Source: Octopus sinensis
Lineage: Eukaryota
DNA: 64,000 nucleotides
Reading direction: 5' to 3'
NCBI RefSeq assembly: GCF_006345805.1
Contig: NC_043004.1
Span: 104,408,001-104,472,000 of the forward strand
Part shown: piece after piece, positions 13,443 to 23,990 of the stretch
Layout of the letters: each line of letters starts with the position of its first letter
Position numbering within the stretch: position 1 is the stretch's first letter
Notes under the pieces: generated by a model
Databases searched by the model: none
Seen by the model: the letters and a program-made list of their open reading frames with translations, nothing else
What the model was told of the DNA's origin: nothing
Program-made: the position numbers and the translations under genes

Positions 13443-13613
13443 TAAACAAGAGCACTCAGAGAGTGCAAACCTCTGCCAAGGCAACACCAACATCCCCTCA
13501 ACGATTAGTTTCTGAAAGTTTCATCTGAATCCATCGAGCGGTTCTTAAGATATTTTGTCCACGGACAACCAAACAAACACGACTGACTCTGCCTTCGCTA
13601 AGGTGGAGGTAAT
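13443..13613. mobile_element. Small non-autonomous DNA transposon (MITE/HINE-like)
   Basis: aacaagagcactcagagagtgc start, subterminal inverted repeat acctctgccaagg / aaggtggaggt, internal (CAAA)n. Confidence 0.55.
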
Positions 13614-13619
13614 AAGATG

Positions 13620-14005
13620 TGGGCATGGCTGTGTGGTTGAAAGCTTGCTTTGCAGCCACACAGGTTTGGTTTCCATCCCAATGCATGGCAGCTTGGTCGA
13701 GTGTCTTATACTATAGCCCTGAGCCAAATTCAGCTTGTGAGCGAATTTCATGAACAGAAACTGTATGGAAACCAATCGTATTTGTATGTGTGTGTGTCTT
13801 TGTGTATTTGTTTGCTTCCCTCTCACCACTTTGATAATTGGTGTTGGTTTGTTTACATCCTTGCAACTTAGTGGGTTTAGCAAAAGAGACCTCAGGATTA
13901 AGTATCAGACTTTTAAAACAATAAGTACTGGGGTCAATTTGTTAAACTAAACCCTTTAACGTGGTGTCCATATATAACTGTAGTCTAATGACTGAAACAG
14001 TTCAA
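13620..14005 (+). mobile_element. SINE family B, diverged
   Basis: ggcatggctgtgtggttg...aatgactgaaacag. Confidence 0.7.
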
Positions 14006-14188
14006 AAGTGACATCAGGAAGGGCATCAGACTGCAGAAACAAAACCAAAACAGACCATGGAACCTGGTGCAGCTCCTGACCTTGCCAGCTCCTCTCAAAC
14101 CATCCAATTAATGCCAGCATTGAAAATGGATTTCGTTGATGCTGTGTACATAAAATGCTACATCAGCAAATTAACTACACTGTTATTA

Positions 14189-14754
14189 TTGGGTTGTCCG
14201 GAAAGTTTGTGCCGATTTATAGTAACTTACCTTTCGACTTATTTTAGAACATGGTTGAGTCCATAAAATAGGATTTGACTACACCTCCATTTAGAGCACA
14301 GTTTAAACTATCTTTTCGTGGAAGAAGGTTTATGTTCCTATAACCTGTGTTAATCTTGTAACCCTTTAAAATGGAAGATAAGAAAGTTCATTTTCGGCAC
14401 TTGATGCTTTGGGAACCAGACAAAAATTACTGCAGCTCGGCGGGGATGTGTTACCCCACCCTCCATATTCACTAGATATTGCTCCTTCAGATTTCCACTT
14501 ATTCAGGTCTCTGCAGAATAGTCTTAATGGTAAAAATTTCAATTCCTTGGATGATGTAAAAAGATACCTTGATGAATTCTTTGCCATGAAACCACCTCAA
14601 TTCTGGGAAGAGGGTATTTTCAAGTTAAAGGAAAGATGGAGACACATCGTGCAACAAAATGGTTCATATTTGGTTAATTAAAAATGTAATGCTAAGTATT
14701 TATTGACCTTTTTCTTTCCTTTAAAAATCGGCACGAACTTTCCAGACAACCCAA
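14189..14754 (+). mobile_element. Mariner transposon, internally deleted derivative
   Basis: TIRs ttgggttgtccggaaagtttgtgccgattt / aaatcggcacgaactttccagacaacccaa with TA flanks. N-terminal MEDKKVHFRHLMLWE at 14371 is fused out of frame to HPPYSLDIAPSDFHLFRSLQ. Confidence 0.92.
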
Positions 14755-14780
14755 TATTTTTCTCTTCTCTCTTTCTCCAG

Positions 14781-14861
14781 TTATTGCTCAGGTTCAACCC
14801 ACCTACGTAATACTTAGTGCTAAACAAGATGAAAGGATTTTGAAAGTTTTGCAAAACTTTG
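14781..14861 (+). CDS. MSH5: MSH5 internal coding exon (81 nt, phase 1 to 1)
   Basis: Polypyrimidine tract, cag|...|gtaagt. Encodes (V)IAQVQPTYVILSAKQDERILKVLQNF with the MSH5 SAKQDE motif; phase matches the previous exon. Confidence 0.92.
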
Positions 14862-15402
14862 GTAAGTACCATTGAGCAGCATGATTTTCTTGTTAAATAA
14901 TTTATCATATTTTATATATTTACTGTAAATTTTAGAACCTACCTTTGTCATTGTTGAACAATTATTTTACCCAGGTCTGCATGCACAAGCCTGAGGAAGG
15001 TTTATTTTGTGGAAGACTGGAAACAAACAACACTGCTTGTATGATGGTGATGCTTGTTTACAATCATCACATGATACTAAGTCAAGCATACCCTCAAACA
15101 CACACACACACTGGAAAATTAAGATAAACACATAAGTGCAGGCTTGGCTGTGTGGTAAGAAGCTTGCTTCCCAACCACATGGTTCTAAGTTCAGTCCTAC
15201 TACATGGAACCATGGGCAAGTGTCGTCTACTATAGCATCAGGCCAACTGGATAATGATAAGCTACATGGAGCTTTAACTCATACAGCTTTAGTCATACAT
15301 CTAATTGTACACACATATTGTGTGTGTGTGTGTGTATGTACGTATGTATATATATATATATATATAGTTCATTGTAAACCTCGCCAAGAAAAATATTTAA
15401 AC

Positions 15403-15466
15403 CACCTGATGAATGACTGCAACTCAAAAATTTGAAGATGTTAGCAGGCATGAAACGATCATAGTG
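15403..15466 (+). ncRNA. Penelope-type (type I) hammerhead ribozyme motif in a probable pseudo-LTR fragment
   Basis: cac-CTGATGA-stem II (atg.ctgc.aac.tcaaa / tttga..gtt.gcag.cat)-GAAAC-gatc-ata-gtg. Confidence 0.6.
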
Positions 15467-15621
15467 TGATATTAATTATATTTTTTTAATAATTTTGTTA
15501 TATATTTAAATAATATAAATTAATCATATGTATTGGCTTAAGTTTTTCATTGTTTGATTTGCCTAATAGTGGTTTTGTCTCTAATTTAATATATATATAT
15601 ATATATATATACATATATATA

Positions 15622-16471
15622 TGATGGCTGCCCCCTCATTATCGAGTATGGCCATTGCATGAAGCTTAACTGTTATTGGTGCTGTGATCGAATGTGACTT
15701 TTTAGCCCAGCTAAAGATCTACAATGTCTTGTATAGAATTGGCAGCTAAAACTGTTACTGGCAATAGCCGGCTGTAGTTGTAACTGAGCTTCATGTACCT
15801 TTGCATGTCGTTTAAGTCCTCCTGCCGAATTACACTCTCTTCCACATGCCCGACAGATATGATTAGTATGGTGTGTAACACCAGTGGCCAGGTTGTCACT
15901 CATCTGTCTCGCTATATGACTACGAAGATGACTCTTGAGTCCAGCTTTACTGAGGCAGGGTCTTGCACAGACACTGCATGTCAGCATCATAGGAAGACCC
16001 TTCCCATCTGGAAGTGTAACAACGATGCCCTTCCTGACATCCCTCCTTACTTTCTCATGCGCAACTCGAGATTTCTCAAAAAATCCTTCTCCACCTGCTA
16101 CGATCAATAGCTATGCCCTCCCATGTGTCAGGAGAGATGCAAGCATCTCTTAAGGAAGCCTTCAGCTAGTCCTTATATCTCTTTTTTGTTTTTTTGTGGA
16201 GGTCGTTCTCCTTAAGCTAACTCTCCATAAAAGAGTTGTTTTGGCATTCTTGAATCCTTCATCCTGACCAGATGACCACTCCATCTGAGCCTTTGCTTTA
16301 ACACAAGAGCTTCTATACTTTCACACCGAGAGCCTTCCAATATTTCATGATCACTGATGTGGTCCTCCCACTTAATGCCATAGATCCGTCTGAGACACAT
16401 CTGATGGAAACATTCCAGTTGTTTAAGGTGGTATTGATATGCGACCCACGTCTCGCAGGCATAGAGAAGAG
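15622..16471 (-). mobile_element. RTE/BovB-like LINE 3' end, 5'-truncated, with three C-terminal C2H2 zinc fingers
   Basis: YACETW...CLRRIYGIKWED...RLRWSGHLVRM..RMPKQLFYGEL...DRSRWR, then three CxxC...HxxxH-like motifs. Flanked by (TA)n. Confidence 0.9.
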
Positions 16472-16644
16472 AATATATATATATATAATCATTGTTTAAT
16501 ATCTGTTTTCCATGCTGGTATAGGTTGGACTGTTTGACTGGGGACTGTCAAGCCAGGAGGCTGGCATTGACCACATATGGATGGTGCTTTTTATGTGCCA
16601 CTAGCATGGGGAGCCAGTCAGGCAACTCTGGAAATGACCCACGC

Positions 16645-16646
16645 AT

Positions 16647-16719
<73 letters not shown>

Positions 16720-16745
16720 TTATATATATATATATTATATATATA

Positions 16746-16826
<81 letters not shown>

Positions 16827-16892
16827 TATATATATATGTATGTATGTGTGTGTATGTATATACACACACATACACCACACATACAAATACAC

Positions 16893-16944
<52 letters not shown>

Positions 16945-16950
16945 GTGTGT
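16645..16950. repeat. (TA)n / (TATG)n microsatellite
   Basis: Directly visible. Confidence 0.95.
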
Positions 16951-17484
16951 ATGATGGGCTCCTTCCAGTTTCCATTGATTGATGTCCACTATTTTAAATC
17001 CAGATTTGTCCCCGTTAATGGGGGTGGCCGAATCTACCTCACTCGAACAACAACCACTCTCACACCATCTCGTCCAGTTTTAGGCATCATCCCTCCTCAA
17101 GCCAACCCTCCCAATCTTCTCCTCCATGTTTTCTTTGGTTGACCTCACTTTCAAGGTTCCATCTATCGAATCCACTCATAAGGTTTTGGTTGGCTCAGGG
17201 CTATAGTAGAAGACGTTTGCCCAAAGTGCTACTGAGTGGAATTGAGACCATAAGCCTCTCAACTTCACAGCCATACCCATGCCTTTGTTGTCCAAAGAAA
17301 AACATTCCATTTTGGGCCAATACAGCTTGGCACCAAAAGCACTGTATGTGTTGCTTTCAAAACACAAAGGTCCAGAACAGAGACCCCAGTGTATTTGGTG
17401 TGACAGTTTTAACAATTCCACCAATCCATTATTCTTGATAGGTATTTTTTTCATATCAATTCCAAGGGGTCCTTGATGGAATTC

Positions 17485-17780
17485 ACACTTGAGGTCGTTG
17501 CCAGTGCCGCTGGACTGGTTCCTGTGCAGGTGACACGTAAAAGACACCACTTGAGCATGGCCGTTGCCAGTACTGCCTGACTGGCCCTTGTGCCGGTGGC
17601 ACATAAAAGTACCCACTACACTCTCGGAGTGGTTGGTGTTAGGAAGGGCATCCAGCTGTAGAAACTCTGCCAGATTAGATTGGAGCCTGGTGCAGCCATC
17701 TGGTTCAAGAGTCCTCAGTCAAATCCTCCAACCCATGCTAGCATGGAAAGCAGACGTTAAACGATGATAATGAAGATGAC
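17485..17780 (+). mobile_element. Family C repeat (RTE-type 3' UTR or SINE sharing it), well-preserved copy
   Basis: gccggtggcacataaaagtaccc...gaagggcatccagctgtagaaac...gcatggaaagcagacgttaaacgatgat. Related pieces near 3290, 12085, 14015, 23000, 37220 and 45800. Confidence 0.7.
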
Positions 17781-17969
17781 CACAAGGCATTCTTTCCATC
17801 TCTAGCAATCATTCTGCCAATTTACCACTTTTATTGTAAAATAATTACAGACTTCAGCACAAATTTGAGACATAAGTAAGTTTAACATTTGTTTAATTTA
17901 GAGTGTGTTGACCCAGGTGACCAGATCTGGTTTGCAAAAATCAATATTGTATTTGTCTTATTGTTTTCC

Positions 17970-18185
17970 ATGGTAAACTGGTAGAATTGTTAGCGTGACA
18001 GACAAAATACTGCATGACATTTCTTCTGGCTTTGCATTCTCAGTCTAAATTCCACCAAGGTCAACTCTAATTTTTGTCCTTTAGGGTTTGATAAAATAAG
18101 TGCCACTTTAGCGCTGGGGTCGATGTAATTGACTAGCCTCCTCCCCTCAAATTTCAAGCCTTGTTTCTATGGTAAAAAGGATTAA
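17970..18185 (+). mobile_element. SINE family A, old copy
   Basis: ggtagaattgttagc...aaattccaccaaggtcaac...gataaaataagtgcc. Confidence 0.65.
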
Positions 18186-18929
18186 TTTCCATCAAGTTTA
18201 TCTTACTTTGCAAAACTGAGATCTTACGCAAATTTTTTCTTTTATCCTTCCTTCGAATTTTTTAATGTCAAGAATATTTTAGAAAACAGCTTAGTCTAAG
18301 ACAATGGTTCCCAACCAGGGGTTTACCCCCTAGAGTCTCTGAAGGAATGGGTAGGTGAAGTCTTTTTTTGGAACGGCATACGTGAACTTAGCAAGTATGT
18401 TTCCTCTTATAAGCTAGTTTTTATTTCTTTGTTTTTTGGATTTTGGATTTTTTCTATATTTTAAAATCATGCTTTAATTTTAACATGTTTTTATCAAGGA
18501 TAAAATAATAAATTCGTGTTCATTTAATTTTATATTTCAGTCACTTTTATTTAATTTTTTTTCTTGATTTACTTGTTTACTTTTATAATTTTAACAAGTT
18601 TATTTTATTCTTTCTTTTATTAAATTTTCTGTCTATATGATTGTTACATTTGCAAATTTTTTACTTGCTTAATAAAACCAGTCAAAACATGCATTTTCAG
18701 TTTTTCTCCTTTTTTTCTCATGATTTAAAAAGGATTCTCAATTGAAAATGAGAGATACAGATAATGGTAGCAGGAGAGAAGCAGTGATGGTAGAATTTCA
18801 AAATTTTTGGAACCAGTGGCCTAAGACCATTAATTTTGTGATTCCCCTATTAGTTTCAACATCCAGTTCTTGTGTACAACTGTTCATCTACATTTTATTC
18901 TCAAATTCTTTTGCCTTCTCAATTTATCA

Positions 18930-19520
18930 ATTTGTTTCAGTCTTTAGATTGTGGCCATGCTTGAGCACTGCCTTGAAGGTTTTAGTCAAACAAATTGAGT
19001 CCAGTACTTATGTTTTGTTTATATTGGTCTTTTTTTACCTAATTGCTAAGTCATGGTGATGTAAACAAACCAACACTTGTTGTCAATGGTGACAGGGAAC
19101 AAACACCCTCTCCCACATATGTGTGTGTGTGTGTGTGTATACATCGGGCTTCTTTTAGTTTCCATTTACCAGATCTATTCACAAGGGTTCGGTTAACCTG
19201 AGGTTATTAATAGAAGACACTCAACCAGAGTACCATACAGTGGCATATATGTATGTGTGTCCTGGGGTTAATTTGTTTGACTAAACCCTTTAAGGTGGTG
19301 CCCCAGCATGGCTGCAGTCCAATGAGTGAAACAAGTAAAGATAAAAAAGTACAAGTTTTTTTTTGTTTGTTTTGGGTTTTATCTACCAACTTCACTCACA
19401 AGGATTGACTCAGCCTAGGACTATAGTAGAAGATAGTTGCCCAAGGTGCTGTGCAGTGGGACTATACCCAGAACCATGAGGTTGCAAAGTGCACTTCTTA
19501 ACCACACAGCCATGCCTGCA
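18930..19520. mobile_element. Cluster of SINE family B fragments in mixed orientation
   Basis: Minus copy about 18930-19245, plus-strand 3' piece about 19255-19350, minus head about 19380-19520. Confidence 0.65.
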
Positions 19521-19564
19521 CTTATGTAAAGTACAAAAATATTTATATATGTTCTTCATTTGGG

Positions 19565-21830
19565 ATTCCATTATTGTCAACTCTGATTTTGTTATGCAAG
19601 GTTGAATATTTTCCAGGGTAGAAATCTGTCTCTTCCTCACTAATGAAGAGGTTAGTATATTGTATCCTATTGTATTCCCTGACTATTTTGTAAGTTAATC
19701 AGGAGAGATGGGGGTAGTGCCACTGATCTTTGTAGGCCCTTGCATGCAGGTAAGATTGCAGCTCATGCACAGTATATCTACAAGTACAATGCAGGTGGGG
19801 GAGGAAATTGAATGCAGGGCAGGGTTGTCTGGACCAAATGCTTGCAACATTGAATTTTGCTAGAGTTTTTAAAGGAATAAGCAGTAGAGCTAAACCAGAT
19901 ACCATGTTACACTTACTTCCCATCCTTTTAAAATAGTGGGGAACAAATGGACCATGATGTTTGTGTTTGTGTATTCGGCACTGCTCTTCCACATTAGATT
20001 CACTAATTAAAGAGGGCTTTACATACTTCTCTATATAAAGTAAATTTGTAGAAATAGGGTGTCTGTTACTTTGAGTTACAACACAACTGTGCTGAAATAT
20101 GAACTCATGACCAGGGTGCTAGTAGATTAATATGTCATCTGAAAATAACTACCATGTTTCTCTGTGTTAAGTTTTTATGTTTGCTCAACATACCAGCTTT
20201 GACCATCCCATCTTCTTTTCTGAACTCTGCTAAAAGCGTTAATGTTTTATTGACTTCGCTGCTAATTCAAGCTGATGGAATGACTGCAAAGAGACTTCTT
20301 TTGTCTTGTGACTTCTTTATTGCCTCAGATTCTTTCATTATTTTTAGACTCTCTCTCTCTTTGTCTTGTGACTCTTTCCTTATCTTGTGACTCTTTCCCT
20401 GTCTTGTGATTCCTTCTTTGTCACATGACTCCTCCCATGTTTCGTGATTCTTTCCCAGTCTTGAAACTCCTTCTTTGTCTTAGGATTCCATTGAAATCTG
20501 ATTTTGTTTCTCTTGTGACTCTTCCATTGTCTTAGACTCCTTTGCTGTCTCGTAGCTTCTCCAGTCACTCAGTCACACCCATACAGTTCACCATTGCACG
20601 TCAGAGTGTGCAGTACGGTCCCAACTAAACAATAGTTATGGTATATTTAGAACAATAGATCTATGGTAATACTTAGTCATATGACTTGTACCATGTGACT
20701 ATTCCATCAGAGGTGGCCTGGTGCTCCACAACAGCACCAACCCGCTGTGAGTTCTTGTTAGACATGATTTCAAGCACTTTTACTTTATAAACTCTCTTCT
20801 CAGCTATTTCTTCTTGTACTGTTAGAATAATTCGTAGCCTTCCAAAATTTCTGATCCTATATTATTATCTGCATTTAAAATCACTTGGGTCACATGTTTT
20901 TCCTCTCATCACTTTTATTGTGTCTCATTCTCTGGAATCCCTATTTTGTTTATATTTCCCCTCAAAACAACCAGTTTGAAACAAATTTGACCACCAAACA
21001 TGATGACTTCTTCAATCAAGAACTCATTACTGTCAATTCTAATTTTGTTATGCAAGATCAAATATTGTCCAGAATAGGAGGCCACCCTTTCCTCCTTAAT
21101 GAAGGGTCTTGTTTGTTGCATCCCTTTGAATTCTGTAACTGTTCTGTAAGTTAATTAACAGAGATAGGGATAGTGCCTATGATTTTTGAAGCTCTTCCCT
21201 AGCTGGCGAGATTGCAGCTAATGTGCAGAATATCTGGAAGTAAAACATGGGTTGGGAGGGAACTGAATGCAAGGCAGGGTTGTCTGGTTCAAATGCTTGT
21301 GACAGAGTGAATTTTGCTCAAGTCTTTAAAGGACCTGATGGTAATGTTAAACCAGATGGCTTGTCAGACTTACTTCCCACCCTTCTAAAATAGAGAAATA
21401 AAAGGACTATGGTGTGTGTGTATTAGGCACTGTTCTCTCTGTCCAGACAGACCCAAAACATATATAAGACTCAGTTCTTTCTTCAATTCATTAAGAATAG
21501 TTATACACATTGCTTTGCTTATCAGTTTAACTAATTAAAAATAGCTAAAGGCACTCTCCTTTTTCTTTCTTTGTCAAATTAATTAATTAAAAAAGTGTCA
21601 TAAACATTGTCCTGCTTCTTCAGATTAACTAGCAGCACTGGGATTTTCATTTTTTTTTTTCCATCAAATTAATTCATTAATAAAACTGAAAGCATTATTC
21701 TTCCTAGTCAGAATAATTAGTTAATTAAAAAGGGTCAAGTGCTCTACCCTTCCTCATCAAATTAACTTAGTAAAAAGAAATGGCTATAATTTATTGTTCT
21801 TCTATTATACTAATTAAATCACACTTCAGT
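19565..21830 (-). repeat. Old interspersed element present as two diverged copies (about 19565-20030 and 21020-21450) with internal degenerate minisatellites; possibly a Gypsy remnant
   Basis: Colinear blocks such as ttttgttatgcaag, tgtaagttaat, gcagggttgtctgg..caaatgcttg and cttacttccca occur in both copies. About 19-bp tcttgtgactc repeats at 20290-20560 and about 45-55-bp tcaaattaattaattaa units at 21520-21830. Confidence 0.6.
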
Positions 21831-22028
21831 CTTTTACCTGTTTTAGATGATAAACTTCTGTGCTTCTTTAGTACTATATGTTTATACGAGATGCTTTCTC
21901 AATACAAATAGTGCAGTTTTGTGGCTTTCTGTAGTATATCTACATTAAATAAGGTATATAAAATACTGTTCTGAACTAATACTGCTTCCATCGCTCATAA
22001 CAAATATATTATATCTATTTAACCACAG

Positions 22029-22099
22029 CACACAAACCACTTGAAGCTGTTCCTGAGAAAGATCTAGATTATATCAAATTCCTACCCAGTATTGATTCT
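22029..22099 (+). CDS. MSH5: MSH5 internal coding exon (71 nt as assembled; phase inconsistent with next exon)
   Basis: cag|...|gtaagt. Encodes (A)HKPLEAVPEKDLDYIKFLPSIDS, matching MSH5 FLPSVDF. It ends in phase 0 whereas the next exon needs phase 1. Confidence 0.85.
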
Positions 22100-22154
22100 G
22101 TAAGTAGCTCTTCACTTCATGCTTTATCTTCTTATTTTCTTTTTTAATCTTTTA

Positions 22155-22845
22155 TCTTTTACTTGTTTCAGTCATTGGTCTGTAGACATGCTGGGGTGGC
22201 CACCGTAAAGGGTTAACTCGAACAAATCAACACCTGTACTTATTTTTATAAATCTGGTACTTATTCTGTCAGTCCCTTTTGCTGAACTGCTAAGTTATAG
22301 GGATGTAAATAAACCAACACCAATTGCCAGACCGTGGGGAAGGTGATAAGACACACACATACACACACGTATATGGGTAAAGACCCTCTTTGACCTTGGG
22401 ATTGTACCTAGAAAGTTCTCCTTCAAGCAAGGTTGTTTATGGTAGACCAGCAATCACCCATGCATACCAGCCTCCTCTCCTCATGCCACCGATGTTATCC
22501 AAGAGAAAGGCAAAGGGTGATACAGCTTGGCACCAGTGATGTTGCAACTCATTTCTACAGCTGAGTGAACAGGAGCAACTTGAAATAAAGTGTCTTGCTC
22601 AAGAACAGAACATGCAACCCAGTCTGAGAATCGAACTCACTACCACATGATTCTGAGCTTGACACTCTTACCATATATATATACACAATGGGCTTCCACA
22701 GGTTCTCTCTACCAAATTCACTCTCAAAGTGTTAGCCAGCCCAGGGCTATAGTACAATACACTTGTTTGGGGTGTCATGTAGTGGGATTGAACCTGAAAC
22801 TATGTAATTGTAAAGCGAGCTTCTTAAACACACAGCTATGCATTT
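22155..22845 (-). mobile_element. SINE family B interrupted by a family D SINE (about 22375-22660)
   Basis: Family B 3' part at 22155-22365 and head at 22690-22845. The insert contains aaataaagtgtcttgctcaag and gagaatcgaactc. Confidence 0.7.
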
Positions 22846-23619
22846 AAAATTAATTTTCGAAGTGGGTTAGGTTGGTAAATGAGTAGAAATGTCTGATCAA
22901 AAGGTCACTTTTGTCTTGTCTAGTGAAGGACATGACAACCAGGATGCCATGATAAAATGCACCCAGTACACCTCTAAAGTGGTCAGGTTAAGAAAGGCAA
23001 CCGGATCTAGAAACCATGTTACCATGCTCAAAAGAAAGAAACGTATAAGTGAGGTATTGTCCCCTGACTCATCTTGGAGGGTTGTAGCTCAGAATAAGAA
23101 CTGACTTGGACTCTCACAATCCATTCAATCCATGCCAGAAAGTGGACAGAAAATGAAGATGACATGACTATAGTGGTGGAGACGGTGGTGGCAGTGACAG
23201 TGGTGGCATTTATATATGTTCAGTGATATAGCATTATCATTATTATTATTATTAAGTTCTTTTAATGTCCATCTTCTATGTTAGATGGTTTGCTAGGACC
23301 CAACAGGTCCCAGGTATGCACCTTGTTATGTTCCAAAACTGCCCTTGGTATGATTTCTATTGCTTGATGCCCTTCCTATTGCTGACCACTTTGAAGAGCC
23401 TACTGGACTGTCTTTTTGTTCATGGCACCAGCACCAGTGAGGTCACCATATAACTTACAAGTCTAAGGCCCCCTTCATCTGGGTGGGGTTTCTATAGAGA
23501 GGAGGTGGGTTTATACTAAGTGAAAATTTAAAGAATGAAAGAAGGGCTCGGGGCAGGTTTCTTGTTGTTGAAGAGTTACATCGCATGTTGCTTATACAAG
23601 ATTAATTGGGATGGAGTTA

Positions 23620-23990
23620 GATAGAGAGAGATAAAAATAGTGATGGTGGGGTATCAGAGTAGGCCCTCTAGGTACAAGAGGGAGGCTAGAAGTGAGTGGG
23701 AACAGAAGAACAGAGAGTGTGGATAAGTGGAGGTCACAAGAGTGTATGGGGATAAAAGCAAGGGGTGTATAGAGGTGGGGTTGATGTGATGTAGAGGGAG
23801 TGAATGATGAGAAGTTTGAGGAGTGGTTGATGATAAATATGAGATGGTGGGAAGCTAGAGGAGAGTAGGTGATGACTGCAGAGATTGGGTTGGGTTGAGA
23901 GATAGATGTGGTAAATGGTAGACAAAGAGAGAGGGGTGATTGATGATTGATATGAGTGGAAGGGAAGGTAGTGGGGAGTAGGTGATGACT
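23620..23990. repeat. Purine-rich (GA/GT) low-complexity tract
   Basis: Directly visible. Confidence 0.7.
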
